64,000 nt of DNA, from the IMG/VR virus record IMGVR_UViG_3300046542_000086, positions 1 through 64,000 of that record; one strand, given 5' to 3'. The DNA is from a virus. The position numbers and the translations under genes are program-made. Each line of letters opens with the position of its first letter. Position 1 is the stretch's first letter. Below are positions 35,535 to 46,900 of this stretch, in pieces. The notes under the pieces are model-generated. The model was given only the letters and a program-made list of their open reading frames with translations. It was not told where the DNA came from and did no database searches.

Positions 35535-36260
35535 TTACCTTCTCAAGAGTCCTTCAATGGGCTCTACTGTATCGGAAGGATTCACCAAAGCCGAAGTGAG
35601 ACCCTCTTCCCAATAAGCACCCACCAGTTTTGCTGTAGTGTTACTTGCACCGTACGTCACCGAACGCAGAGGGATATAAAACGCAGGGACAGTCCCCAAG
35701 TCTTTCTCCATCTTAACCGCATGGCGATAGAACATTGACCGATCCGCAGACAGACGACTGATCGCAGCGATGATCATCTCCACGATGGCGAAGTTAGCAC
35801 CCACTGACACACCAGCATGTTTCGGTGCACTCTCGAAGATCCGCCCCAAGTCCTCGTAAGACATAAACCAAGGAACGTGTCCCTTAGCAATGATCTCTGA
35901 GTACACTCGGTAGATGAACGTGTCTCGCTTAACCAAGTTGGTGTCAGCAATAACCACGCTACCAGGCTCGAAAACAAACTCAAGGTAGTCTTCGTCTTCG
36001 ATCTTGATGTAGTTCGTGCTTGTGGGTTCAATACGCATCATGGCGTTGACCAACGACACACCGTAGTAAGTGTCGTCGACCGTGATTGCAAAGATACCAG
36101 AGATGCTAGTCTCAGTACCTAAGAACGCCATCTGTTGTTCAGTAAAACGGGCAGGGACGTAGATCTTACATCCCTTGGTAGTTACCAGTGTCCCGTCTTC
36201 CATCTCCCGCAGATACGCATGAACCTTCGAAGGATCGCGTTTGAGCTTTCTCGGGTCCAT
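35535..36260 (-). CDS. phiKZ gp176-like protein, probable beta' C-terminal subunit of virion RNAP
   Basis: Synteny; C-terminal PLRSVTYGASNTTAKLVGAYWEEGLTSAL resembles the end of beta'. Confidence 0.65.
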   Translation of the reverse strand: MDPRKLKRDPSKVHAYLREMEDGTLVTTKGCKIYVPARFTEQQMAFLGTETSISGIFAITVDDTYYGVSLVNAMMRIEPTSTNYIKIEDEDYLEFVFEPGSVVIADTNLVKRDTFIYRVYSEIIAKGHVPWFMSYEDLGRIFESAPKHAGVSVGANFAIVEMIIAAISRLSADRSMFYRHAVKMEKDLGTVPAFYIPLRSVTYGASNTTAKLVGAYWEEGLTSALVNPSDTVEPIEGLLRR

Positions 36261-36271
36261 TAGTCAGTTCC

Positions 36272-37723
36272 TTAGGCGGCTGGGTTAACGCGGTCAGCAG
36301 TGATCAGAGTAGCAACCCAGTTCGGGATGTATTCGATCATTGCCAGCAAGCCAGCTTCACGAAGATCCAGAGTTGGGTTTTCTTTGGCCGCTGTGTCGAG
36401 CATGGTGAGGATTTCCAGCGCATCGGTGTGCGGGAACATCACGTTGCAGATCACTTTACGGCAAGTGGTGAACAGGCAGTCTTCGTACCAGTTGTTCGGC
36501 ATGTCCTTCACGTAAGCGTGCAGGGACGTCACGTAGATGCTGCGCTCGGTAACCAACAGGTCATCTGGCAGAGCAGCGATCTGTTGTTCCACACCACGTA
36601 CCAGGCCGGTCAGGTAATGGTTAGCCTTTTGCAGACGCAGGTTGGTGTTCATCACACGTTCCTGACTTTCCCACACTTTGACGTACTGGTCTTTACGCTC
36701 GAGCAGCATGTCGTAGTTGTAGTTACGATCGGTCAGGAAAGCCCCGAACAACACTTCAGGAGAACCACCGGCTTCGAGGAACGTGCCGTAGATGTCGCCG
36801 TTCACGCGGATAACAATCGGAGTCACACCGATGTCGTCTTCGCGGTACTGGGTCCAATCGTTGATCAGCACCTTACGCTTGGCAGCAGCTTCACGACGCT
36901 CGAGGATACGTACCAACGCACGGCCCGATTGGGCGATGATGTCAGAGACGTACTCTTTATAGTCGTTGAGGCTGGCACGGATACCTTCCGGCACCACTTC
37001 CAACAGCTTGAGAGCCATCAGGTGGATCAACAGAACCTGGTTCGGTTCAACGTACAGGTGGTTCAGGTGCGACAACAGCGACGGGTTGTAGTCGGCGTCC
37101 TGGGTCACGAACAACTTGTTGTACAGGCTGGTGATGTAGTTCTCTGGCAGGGTAGCCACGAACTCAGTCAGCTCAGTGTTGAAGCGGGTGATCCCGGTTT
37201 CGATCAGCGCAGTAGGACTGGCCATGTTTTCCGGCAGTGGAACAGCGATTGCCATCTTGATGTCTTTGACGGCAGTTTCGTTGTAACGCTCGATCATCCC
37301 CTGGAGGTAATGGCTACCCCAGATGGAGTGGTAAGTGTCAGCACGCACCGAGATCGCAGTGTTCTTCAGAGTCATCGCCGAAGCGGTGTAGTCTTCGATG
37401 AACTGTACGGTGGTGTGGACGCATGGGTTAACTTGGTTACGGGCCAAGTCCAGACCCCAAGTCACGGTACGCTTGAGGACTTCCACAACTTCGTCCATGA
37501 CGAGGTCGTGTTCACACACGCCTTGGGCGTTCTTGCTCACGCTACCAAACTGGATGCGCTCTTCAGCCGACATCTCCATGCTACCCACGTCGGGGTTAGG
37601 CAGGTAGCCAGCAGAGATCAAGGTGGCCAACGGCGTGCCAGTGATGGCTTTCAGTTGAACGCCTTTCTTTTCCAGCTTGTCCGCCAGAGCGATAGCTGCT
37701 GTTAAGGAATTGTAGTTAAGCAT
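36272..37723 (-). CDS. Virion protein (phiKZ gp177-like)
   Basis: GTPLATL and LARNQVNP motifs; synteny. Confidence 0.7.
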   Translation of the reverse strand: MLNYNSLTAAIALADKLEKKGVQLKAITGTPLATLISAGYLPNPDVGSMEMSAEERIQFGSVSKNAQGVCEHDLVMDEVVEVLKRTVTWGLDLARNQVNPCVHTTVQFIEDYTASAMTLKNTAISVRADTYHSIWGSHYLQGMIERYNETAVKDIKMAIAVPLPENMASPTALIETGITRFNTELTEFVATLPENYITSLYNKLFVTQDADYNPSLLSHLNHLYVEPNQVLLIHLMALKLLEVVPEGIRASLNDYKEYVSDIIAQSGRALVRILERREAAAKRKVLINDWTQYREDDIGVTPIVIRVNGDIYGTFLEAGGSPEVLFGAFLTDRNYNYDMLLERKDQYVKVWESQERVMNTNLRLQKANHYLTGLVRGVEQQIAALPDDLLVTERSIYVTSLHAYVKDMPNNWYEDCLFTTCRKVICNVMFPHTDALEILTMLDTAAKENPTLDLREAGLLAMIEYIPNWVATLITADRVNPAA

Positions 37724-37725
37724 GG

Positions 37726-37920
37726 TTACACCACCCCTTGGTCTTTCGACAGACGACGTTGAATGGTCGCCGCGATGGCGCTCTTCATGGTAGCTGGAGG
37801 AATCTTTTTCCCGTTGACAGTGTTGGACACTGCTTCACCGGCTACTGCCAGAATCAGACAGGCTGACAGTTCAATGGCGTTACCCAAAACGGTCAGGTTT
37901 TGTTCAGTTACTTTGTTCAT
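37726..37920 (-). CDS. Small hypothetical protein, 64 aa
   Basis: Fills the gap in the operon. Confidence 0.65.
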   Translation of the reverse strand: MNKVTEQNLTVLGNAIELSACLILAVAGEAVSNTVNGKKIPPATMKSAIAATIQRRLSKDQGVV

Positions 37921-37973
37921 AAGAAGAACCCGATTGAGAGTTAACGTAGATCAGGGGCCGAAGCCCCTAACCA

Positions 37974-40900
37974 CTAACCTTTTTTGTACGCCTCTACTAC
38001 CTTCTTGCTCAACACCTTCAACAACGTGGTGGTGGTCCCGATTAACTCAGGAGAGAGACAGATCCGGTTTGAGAAACTGGTGTACGAGAAGATGGCGTCC
38101 AAGTCTTCGCCGGATTCAGTCTGGTTACGACCTGACATTACCCGACCAAAGATCGTCTTCATCTGGTTAACGAAGACACCCTTGTCACCCACCCCAGCAG
38201 ACACACGAGTCGTGATGTAAACGCGAATAGCCATAGAATCCATGTTCAAAGGATTCCCTGCCACTCGCAAAGCACCGTCGACGCTACCTGTTAGCACTTT
38301 ACGGTTGAGGTTCTTGGAGAGCTTAGCACGCTCCTTGTCACCCAGATCCGCAATCGCCCGCAGGCTTGGAGACATGTCTTCTTTGTCCCCATTGTAGAAC
38401 ACTTCGATCCGTTCAATCACACCGTTGTGCTTGGCTTTAGGGGTTTGAGCCCCGAGCAAACGCAGTGTATCAATGGTGTCTTCATCGAACAGTTCGGTGT
38501 TCGCCGTAACAGCGTCTTCGATAGTACATAAAATATCTTCACTATCGACCGTTTGCCCTGTTTTGACGAAGTTACGAACCGTCTGGTCAAACGTCAGAAC
38601 GATGTCACGGATCTCGGTGACCGAGGTAGTCATCAACTTAGCAACACGCTCAGAGATGACCGAGGAGTCTTCCAGGGTGTCCGCACATTCCAGAATGGCT
38701 GTCCGAACCATCACACCCGTTTTCATCGAAACCTGTTTAGGGTTCAGCGTAGACGGTTGGAAGTACAGAGTGTTGTAGGAAACAACGTCACCGGCTTTAA
38801 CCTTCTGACCCAACTTCAGATCAGTGGCGATGTTGTGTGGGAACGTCTTACCCGCTACCGTACCGAAGCGACGACCTAACTCAACCGAACGAGTAGTCCC
38901 GTCCTTATAAGTAACAGTGATCGCATCATCTGACAACGCAGTGATAGTTCCGTCCAATTGCGCAGTGTAAGCGAACAAGTCGTTCACCCGGTGAGCAATG
39001 ACTTCGTCGTAGCCAGTTTGTACTGGTTGGACTTGGTAGCCTTCCGAGAACATTGTCGAGTGATACTGAATGCCGATGAAGTTAACCCGTTTCGGGTCAT
39101 CACGGTCAGCACAAGGCGACACCAACGCAGCGGTAGAGATCAGCTTAGTAGCACCGTCCTCACCTGAGCGATAACGACGAGAGATACCACGCAGCGACGT
39201 GAAGCTTGGGTCAGCTGTGAGGAACGTTGAGATAGCTACGTCACCAGAGTCCACGGTCGACTCAGAGATTACCCCCATGTCGTTTGGATGGAACACCCGA
39301 GAACGTTTAACCATCGAACGACGGCTACGACCACCCACACCACCAAAGGTTACGGCTTCCTGAGTACGCAGACACTCGATCGGGTTGGACTCTTCCACCA
39401 GACCTTTCGAGGGGTCTTCTTGAATAGCCTGCCAGATAGCGTGTGGAGCCATCTCTAGTTTGTTACCTGAACTACCACGACGAGCATTGTGGATACGGGT
39501 AGATCTCACTACCTCAGCATACACAGCACCGGCGATACGCTCGTAGCCTTTGATCCGCATGAACTCCATGTCAGTCTCAGCTGGAGCCCAGTCAGTGATC
39601 AACAGTTCCACAGCACGGGTCAACAAACCTTCCCATTGCGTTGGTTCCTTCATCTCAACCAGCAGGTCGTAAGTGACAGGGTCAACAAACATATCCCGCA
39701 GCAAGTCCAGTTCACGCAAGTAGCGTACACCGATCTTGTTGGTTTCCAGAACGTTGAGGTACACGTCCTTACGGTTGAAGTCTTGAACGCTGTAGTTCTT
39801 GATGGTCTTAGCGTAGGTGTTGAAACCTTCCATCAACAACGCAATGACTTTATCGTCACGGTGGAAGATCAAGTTCTCATCAGCAAAGCGAACAGCGTAC
39901 TCACCGTCTGCCAACTTCAGTCGTTCACCGACTGGAGAGCGGCGGAACGAGGTAGGCTTCAGAGACTTAATGATGCGCTCCAAACCTAGGTAGTAGCTGA
40001 GCACCATACCCAACGGAATGGTCTTGTTGAACACACGCAGTTCAGCCATCTCCATTGGGGCTGTAGAGATGTCGAGTTCCAACAGCTCTTCGATCTTGCC
40101 GAGTGGTTCCAGACCTTTGGCTTTAACAGCGTACAGAGTGTCGTAGTGGTCCACTACAATCAGTTCCGTACCCTTACGACCAATCACTACTACGCCTTTG
40201 CCTTCCGCAGCTTGCACTGCTTTAGCACCGAACTCTTCTTCGCGCTTGGTGTACTCCAGCACAAAGTCAATCCCCACCGCTTTGAAACGACGGAAGTGTT
40301 GAGCCAGTGTTGAGTAAAGCTTAGGTACGCTCACCAGTTGGTCAAAGACGTTAGACGGTTTCATTTCCGTCACACGCTTGTCGCTGTCATCCAGTCCGAT
40401 AGCACGGATTTTGTTGCACAGCCATTTCGGGTAATCGTTTACTGCTCGCTCAGATCGATCAACGAACACTTTACCGTAATAGCTAGTGAGAGCAACACGG
40501 GACGGAGAGACCTTGCGAATCGGGACATCGCCACGTTGCTTGCGTAGGCTGTACCGTACGCCGTTTGCCAGATAAGAACCATCAGGGTCCACCTTAGGAA
40601 TTTTGAATCGGATAGTCGATGACTGACCAGTTGCAGGTGTCAGTTTGATCGTGTGAATCTCGTAGTGGTTGAGAACGTCTTCTACGTCTTCTACGTCGTA
40701 CGAGGTCACCGCCACACCAGCGTTCTGGATGGACATTACCGAGTTCACAACGTCTTTGGGCAGAATGTTTTCAATGTAACGTTTATCGAACTCCAGCAAC
40801 GAGGACTGAAGCATCGACTTGTCAAACACGGTTGGTGAATCAGGAATCAACACCGGCTTGGTGATCTTGAGCGACTCAGGGTTGATAACCATGTGGTCAG

Positions 40901-42242
40901 CCAGAGTTCCTTTACCGTACGGGTTAGGGATCTCTTTATAGCTGTTGGCAAGTTTCATCAGACGACGATACTCAGCCCCCGAGACCATACCAGAGTCGGC
41001 CAGTTCATTAGCCTTCTCGATGATCCCTTGGTCCATGCCTTTGCGTTCACCACCGATGACGATCAGTTCAGCCGTAGCCGACTCTTCAGCAGCCGCTTCA
41101 GTGTTCTCCGCAATCTGAGTCAAACCAGCAAGGTCTTTCTCCAGATCCTCGTCCATCAAGCCATCAGCTTTAGCTTGATCCAAGTCTTCACGCAGGTGAC
41201 GCTCAACCTCTTCAGCAAAGCTGGCATCAGAGATGGATTCTTCCTCTTCGGTCAATACAACCGGAGCGGTGTCTTCCAAACGCTTCTTGACGGTCTTGGT
41301 CCCTTTGTCGTTTTCCACGGCATCAGGATGCAGGTCGTCTTCGTCCAGTTCCTCGTTATCAGCTTCATCCTCGATCTCAACGATCGTGTGGGCTTCTTGC
41401 AAGGACATCATGGCTTTGAGGAAACGTTTCTGCAAGACGAAAGGATCAACCCCTTCAGTCTTCTTGCCGTTGACAATCTTGGCACGCCACGAGTCCAACA
41501 GACCCAAGTTGATGGTGAACCATTTGTCTTGGCTTTGGAAGATCAGGTTGACTTTGTCGAGGTTAGCTTCCTTGACGTGAGCCATCGGCGTCTCAGCACG
41601 GTGTTCACCCAACCACTGGTACATGTCCAGCAAGTTGAAAGCTTCCCAACCCTTGAGCTTACCCAACGAGTTACGGTCGATGTTCTTTTCAGCCAACATC
41701 AACGCTGGGAGTGCTGGGATCACCTGAGGCAACAGCATCCGTACAAACTGCTGACGCTCAGGTTGTTTGTCGATCAGCTGGTCAATGTGTTTCCACATCG
41801 TGTGGCGAATGTTCACCCAACGATAGTAGTTGGCAAAGAAGCTCGACGTGTAGCGCTTGGTGAACAGTAGTGGAGCAAAGTTCTCCAGTACCAACGTCCG
41901 AGGGTTAGCGAACGCCGATTGAGGGTTAGTCAACAGACGCATCTTGCTACGGTTCTTACGCTGGTAGTCCCGCAGTGGTTTACCAATCAGGAACTGGGCT
42001 ACCTTCGGGTTACCAACGTCGCTCTGCATGTCAAAGATGTGCTCAACGAACACGATCTTCTCAGCAGTCTTGATCAGCGGGTCTTCAACGGACGGACCGA
42101 AGTTGACCATGTCTTCAGGGAAGTAGTTGACCACCGCCCCTTGGGGGAGTGTTAACTTACCGATCCCAAACGTAACAGGTACCGTGAAATTCGGTAAGCG
42201 ACGCACACCAAACCGACGGTACCAAATAGGGTACAGAATCAT
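37974..42242 (-). CDS. Virion RNA polymerase beta subunit, N-terminal part (phiKZ gp178-like)
   Basis: FHPNDMGVISESTVDSGDV, DDPKRVNF, TLEDS and GDKGVFVNQMK motifs. Confidence 0.93.
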   Translation of the reverse strand: MILYPIWYRRFGVRRLPNFTVPVTFGIGKLTLPQGAVVNYFPEDMVNFGPSVEDPLIKTAEKIVFVEHIFDMQSDVGNPKVAQFLIGKPLRDYQRKNRSKMRLLTNPQSAFANPRTLVLENFAPLLFTKRYTSSFFANYYRWVNIRHTMWKHIDQLIDKQPERQQFVRMLLPQVIPALPALMLAEKNIDRNSLGKLKGWEAFNLLDMYQWLGEHRAETPMAHVKEANLDKVNLIFQSQDKWFTINLGLLDSWRAKIVNGKKTEGVDPFVLQKRFLKAMMSLQEAHTIVEIEDEADNEELDEDDLHPDAVENDKGTKTVKKRLEDTAPVVLTEEEESISDASFAEEVERHLREDLDQAKADGLMDEDLEKDLAGLTQIAENTEAAAEESATAELIVIGGERKGMDQGIIEKANELADSGMVSGAEYRRLMKLANSYKEIPNPYGKGTLADHMVINPESLKITKPVLIPDSPTVFDKSMLQSSLLEFDKRYIENILPKDVVNSVMSIQNAGVAVTSYDVEDVEDVLNHYEIHTIKLTPATGQSSTIRFKIPKVDPDGSYLANGVRYSLRKQRGDVPIRKVSPSRVALTSYYGKVFVDRSERAVNDYPKWLCNKIRAIGLDDSDKRVTEMKPSNVFDQLVSVPKLYSTLAQHFRRFKAVGIDFVLEYTKREEEFGAKAVQAAEGKGVVVIGRKGTELIVVDHYDTLYAVKAKGLEPLGKIEELLELDISTAPMEMAELRVFNKTIPLGMVLSYYLGLERIIKSLKPTSFRRSPVGERLKLADGEYAVRFADENLIFHRDDKVIALLMEGFNTYAKTIKNYSVQDFNRKDVYLNVLETNKIGVRYLRELDLLRDMFVDPVTYDLLVEMKEPTQWEGLLTRAVELLITDWAPAETDMEFMRIKGYERIAGAVYAEVVRSTRIHNARRGSSGNKLEMAPHAIWQAIQEDPSKGLVEESNPIECLRTQEAVTFGGVGGRSRRSMVKRSRVFHPNDMGVISESTVDSGDVAISTFLTADPSFTSLRGISRRYRSGEDGATKLISTAALVSPCADRDDPKRVNFIGIQYHSTMFSEGYQVQPVQTGYDEVIAHRVNDLFAYTAQLDGTITALSDDAITVTYKDGTTRSVELGRRFGTVAGKTFPHNIATDLKLGQKVKAGDVVSYNTLYFQPSTLNPKQVSMKTGVMVRTAILECADTLEDSSVISERVAKLMTTSVTEIRDIVLTFDQTVRNFVKTGQTVDSEDILCTIEDAVTANTELFDEDTIDTLRLLGAQTPKAKHNGVIERIEVFYNGDKEDMSPSLRAIADLGDKERAKLSKNLNRKVLTGSVDGALRVAGNPLNMDSMAIRVYITTRVSAGVGDKGVFVNQMKTIFGRVMSGRNQTESGEDLDAIFSYTSFSNRICLSPELIGTTTTLLKVLSKKVVEAYKKG

Positions 42243-42245
42243 GGG

Positions 42246-43874
42246 TTAATCTCCGGTCATATTTCTCAAAACAAGTTGTACGGTGGTGACGTTACTGGAA
42301 GCACGGAAGCCACCACGAGGATCAAGGAACGCCTCACGACTGTCCAAGAGACGGTCGATCTCAGCAATCGCTTCAGAGGTATAGACCAGAGTCGACGACG
42401 CCGTGTCACCGTCATAGTCCGCACCCAAGCCTGCGATACGAGACGGGTGGATTACTTGACTGTCTACGAAAGCATTCGGAACACGAGTCGGGAACTCCAA
42501 TGCGAGTGGTCCCTCAACTGGTGTCCAAGTAGCATCCAGTTCAGTACGCACTTCACCACGGATACTGGTCTTGCAATACACAGTGGATGGGTAGGTCGAA
42601 CCAATACCGGTTACGGGGTAACGCGTCACGATACTCTTCAGGGTGTTCCACTTGTGGTAACCCGAGAGGTAAAGGAGTTCCACCAGAGTCAGTGGCTCGA
42701 CGTATTGACGATCGTAACCTTCGGGGAGTTCATTGATGTCGCCAAAGATACGGAACGTCATGTCCGGACCTTTATAGATCAGCCCGAGGTAACGTCCTTC
42801 CACCAAGATTGGCTTGTGACGGTTCTCAACGATCCGATACGACTCAATGACTTTCTCCAAACCTTCCACAGTGATCCAACGGTCACGAGTGTCCGAAGGC
42901 AAGTCAACCATTTCCGACTTGAGGGTTTTGACATCTACCAGTCTCGCAGTAGTAGCCGAACCACCCACGGAGAACACTTCACCCAACCAACCGGTACGCA
43001 ACAGGTTAATGGTCAGAGGCAGGGCACCTTTAATCACTTGGAACAACCCAAGGATTGTATCGGTGTAGTCAGGAGCCTGAACGCCATCCAAGTCAGCTGT
43101 GGAAGTATCCATCGCCGAGATTACGTTTCGAGTACCGTTAAAGATACGACGAGAACCGAACTTCTCTTGGATGAAACCTTTCTTGCCGGTTATCATTCCG
43201 AGGATGGTGTCGTAGACGTCGTTGAAGCCTTGCTGGAGAGACTTGCGACTGTTGTCGTACAACGACGAGGTCTCTGCTCCATCAGCCCCTACGATGACCT
43301 TAGAGGCCCCGAGGATGCGACGGTACACGTCGTTGATTTCGTCCTCAGTACCACGACCACTGGCATCAATAACAAAGTCACGCAGACCAGCTGGCATGAC
43401 CAAGATTTGTTTGGTGGTGGAGATAGGGAGATACTTATCAATCATCTTCACCCGTTCAGTCCGCACAGGAGACTTCGACGGTTTGAACTTGATCTTCTTC
43501 CAGTGTTTGAGAAAGAAAGCGTAGCCGGTTTCACCCGTCATTTCGTTAGCAGGAACGAAGTCGTTTTCTTCATTACTCCACTGGGCATAAGCAGTGCCGC
43601 CCATGATGTCACGATACAGAGAACGCAACTGCACCAAAGCGCGGTAAATAGTAGGATGAAGGACATTCAAATGCATGTCGATATAAGAGAACTTCTGGTC
43701 TCGAATTTCGTCACCTACACGCCCGAATGTCAGCACACTGAAGAGCCCATCCTCATGAAAGTTACCGGTCACTGGATCGTACACATCCGGCGATTTTACT
43801 GGACGTAACGTCTTGAGTTTCTCTGGAGTAAGATTCAAGATGGAAACGTTAAAAGGAATCTGACTATTTTTCAT
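42246..43874 (-). CDS. Virion RNA polymerase beta' subunit carrying the catalytic loop (phiKZ gp180-like)
   Basis: DGLFS..FG, GKKGF, RYP and catalytic GADYDGD. Confidence 0.95.
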   Translation of the reverse strand: MKNSQIPFNVSILNLTPEKLKTLRPVKSPDVYDPVTGNFHEDGLFSVLTFGRVGDEIRDQKFSYIDMHLNVLHPTIYRALVQLRSLYRDIMGGTAYAQWSNEENDFVPANEMTGETGYAFFLKHWKKIKFKPSKSPVRTERVKMIDKYLPISTTKQILVMPAGLRDFVIDASGRGTEDEINDVYRRILGASKVIVGADGAETSSLYDNSRKSLQQGFNDVYDTILGMITGKKGFIQEKFGSRRIFNGTRNVISAMDTSTADLDGVQAPDYTDTILGLFQVIKGALPLTINLLRTGWLGEVFSVGGSATTARLVDVKTLKSEMVDLPSDTRDRWITVEGLEKVIESYRIVENRHKPILVEGRYLGLIYKGPDMTFRIFGDINELPEGYDRQYVEPLTLVELLYLSGYHKWNTLKSIVTRYPVTGIGSTYPSTVYCKTSIRGEVRTELDATWTPVEGPLALEFPTRVPNAFVDSQVIHPSRIAGLGADYDGDTASSTLVYTSEAIAEIDRLLDSREAFLDPRGGFRASSNVTTVQLVLRNMTGD

Positions 43875-43935
43875 TGGTAACTCTCAGGAATTTATATGAA
43901 TACCAATACTTCACCCAAGAGCCGGGAGCGTAACC

Positions 43936-46900
43936 ATGGCTAAGGATAAGAACGAATTTGGGGATGATGACGATCTGAAGTGGGATGACTTAGACTTTGG
44001 GGATGACTTTCCCGACTTCGATGCGCCTCCGCCAGCAGACGATCGTAAACCAGTGGTTAAGGTAGCGACCTCTTTCTTGAAGGGTGCTGCCGAAGAACTC
44101 ACTGACCCCACCAGAGTCCGTAAAATGGCCCTGGATGCGTTACCTGAAGGCTATGGCAAAGCAGCTAATCTCGCCGATACCATAGCGTCAACGGGACGCG
44201 AACTATACCATACGACCGCCGAGGAATTGAAGCCCGTAATTAAAGACGCAAAGCGCGTTGCTAGACGGGTTCTACCGCTGACCAAAAGTCTGTTGCCAGA
44301 GAAACTCCAGAAGAAACTGGAGGACATGACTTCTGACAACGAGTACAAAGGTCCAAGCGTTGAACAGACTCGGGACTCACAGATCAACTCTGAAGTTGCG
44401 GACATCTTCAAACTCCAAATGGAGAATGACGCCCGTGACAAAGCAGAGGACGAAGTAGCTGACCAAACCAAACGCAAACAGGACACGGCTCGGTTTAAGA
44501 CTGAGTTGCAAACCCTGAATGCGATCTTGGGTGGCGTGAACCGTCAAGTGGCTTACCAAGACCAGATTGCCTCGAAGTACCAGCGTAAACATCTGGAGCT
44601 TCAGTTCCTTCAATACTTCACCCTGCGTGACACTTACGAGTTGCACAAGGCTTCTGCTAAAGAGACCAAGTCCCAACTCGACAACGTGATCAAGAACACT
44701 GGCTTGCCTGAGTTTGCGAAATCAAACGTAACTGAGCATGCGGGTCACTTGTTCCGTGAACGGTTGCTCAACGCAGCGTCGTCGAAGGTGAACCAGTTCG
44801 CTAAAGGGTACATCGATAAGTACAAAGACAACATCATCAAGAAAGGCAAGGAACAGATCGGTGCCTTTAAAGATGGCGCTATGCAAGGTCTGACCGGCGT
44901 CGACATGTTGCTAGACTCGCGTGAGCAGATGGCTGACATGGGTGAAGGCGGAGACGCTTACACTGGTGGCGGGAAGATGCTCGGCGGGATGGCTGGTGGT
45001 TGGTTAGGGAGTAAAGTCTCTAAGCTGGCTAAGCCTCTGTTGGAACGTAATCCAGGGATTGCTAAATGGGGCAACAAACTGGAATACGGTGTCGATAACT
45101 TTGCCTCGTTGTCTTCTGATTGGGCGAAGAGTGACAAGGGCGAGAACACCGGGATGGATTGGTGGAACAAAGCTCTACGGGGCTTTAAAGACCTTTCCCC
45201 GACTGAGGTGGTTGACTCCAGTCTCGGCGACTCTGACCTGACTCGTTCACAAGACGCCGTACCGTTCAACCATCTGGCACGCAAAACCCTCACGGACATT
45301 ATCCCTGGCTACCTGTCGCGGATTCACCATGAGTTGGCTATCATCCGTACAGGAGATCCTTCGCTTAAACGCCTAGGCTACGACCTGAAGGATGGTGGGT
45401 TTGCTTCGATGGATAAAGTCACCAAGTCGATGGGTTCGGTGCTGTTCGATCAGACCAAGAACTTCGATAAGGTTAAAGGCACTACCAACAACCTGATTGA
45501 TGGGTTGGAAAAGCAACACGGGCAAAAGTTCTCTGACACCCAACGCAAAGCTCTCTATGACAAGTTCATTGGCGAAGCAGCTTCGGGGCAGGGTCGTTTT
45601 GACGTCAAGAAGTTCGCAGACGTTGACCAATGGAAGGACCTCAGTGATGAGGACGCTCTGAAGCTCTCCTACATGTTCAGTGATGACGTGGGTGAAGAGC
45701 AACAGAATAAATACTCGAAAGAGTTCTTGAAGATCCGTGAAGGCGTCAACAACCCGACCGACGCTATTAAAGGTCTGATTGATTCTGGTCAACTCGAGAG
45801 TATGCGAGCACTGGGGCTAGTTACGGGTGAGGGTGACGGTCGCAAGGTATCACAAGAGCGTATCGTAGACATCCTACGTAATGGAGGTTTCGGTGAGCCA
45901 ACTGATGAAGGAACTCCTCCTCCTAACGGTTCTCCTCCTAGTCCTGACAGCCGTCCAGGCGGTGGAGGCCCTCTTGGCGGTCTTCGTAATGCCAACGACG
46001 CTCCTAAAGGCGCTGGCCAGAAAGATGGGGGGATAGACACACCTAAGAATCCTAATGAGTTCATGGAGGTCATTGGGGAATACCAAATGCTGTTGCTGGA
46101 AGACATCCGTAAGGGGATTGCTAACCCAGCCGCACTCTCTCAATACGCCGAGGCTGCACGCAATGCTCCGGGCGCTACTGAAGAGACGTGTGAGTGTGTG
46201 GACAAGATGGTGGAGGCGTATAAAGCTGGTAACGATGAGCTGGTGCAACACTTAGCTAACGTGTACGAGCTGCTGGCTTCTGGGCAACTGCAAACCATGT
46301 CGATGAGTATGCCGTTTGACCCTGAGCGTTTCAACACGGTAGGCGGTCACCTAGGTCGTGGGTTGAGCAAACTCAAAGGGGCTGGTAAGTGGGGCTTGGG
46401 CAAAGTTACTGGTTTCTATGGCTCGATGCTGTCCATGCAAAAGAACCTCCTCAAAGGTGGGGTGAAAGGTGCGTGGTCTGCTGCTAAGGGTGCAGGCAAT
46501 CTGCTTCTGGGTAGAGCCAAAGACCAACTGAACGAATGGGGTGACGTCTACATTAAAGGACAGGGTCGACCTATCCTGACGTGGGCTCAACTCAAGGCTG
46601 GTGAATACTTAAACGAAGACGGTACGCCGATTACTTCGTGGAAGGACGTCAAAGGTCCAGTGAAGAACAAAGCGGGTCAGTACGTTCTGACAGCTGAGCA
46701 GTTTGCAAAAGGCTTGGTCGACGAACACGCTCGTCCGATGTTCACCAAGATCAAAGACTTCGGGATGAAATGGGCTGGCCGTTTGAGCAGCTTCGTGACG
46801 TCTCCGTTCCGTGGAATGAAAGACGCTATCAAAGGCACTTTCAACACAGTCAAGGACTTTGTAGAACGTCCACGCGACATGTACCTGCCGGGCAATCCGA

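Noticed and set aside
10494-43808. Long antisense ORFs (10494, 15483, 26942, 36428, 40893, 42276)
   Set aside because: Shadow frames of strongly codon-biased genes
37974-43874. Intron, intein or homing endonuclease in the vRNAP genes
   Set aside because: Both ORFs are continuous, 3 bp apart, with no intein or HNH motifs seen
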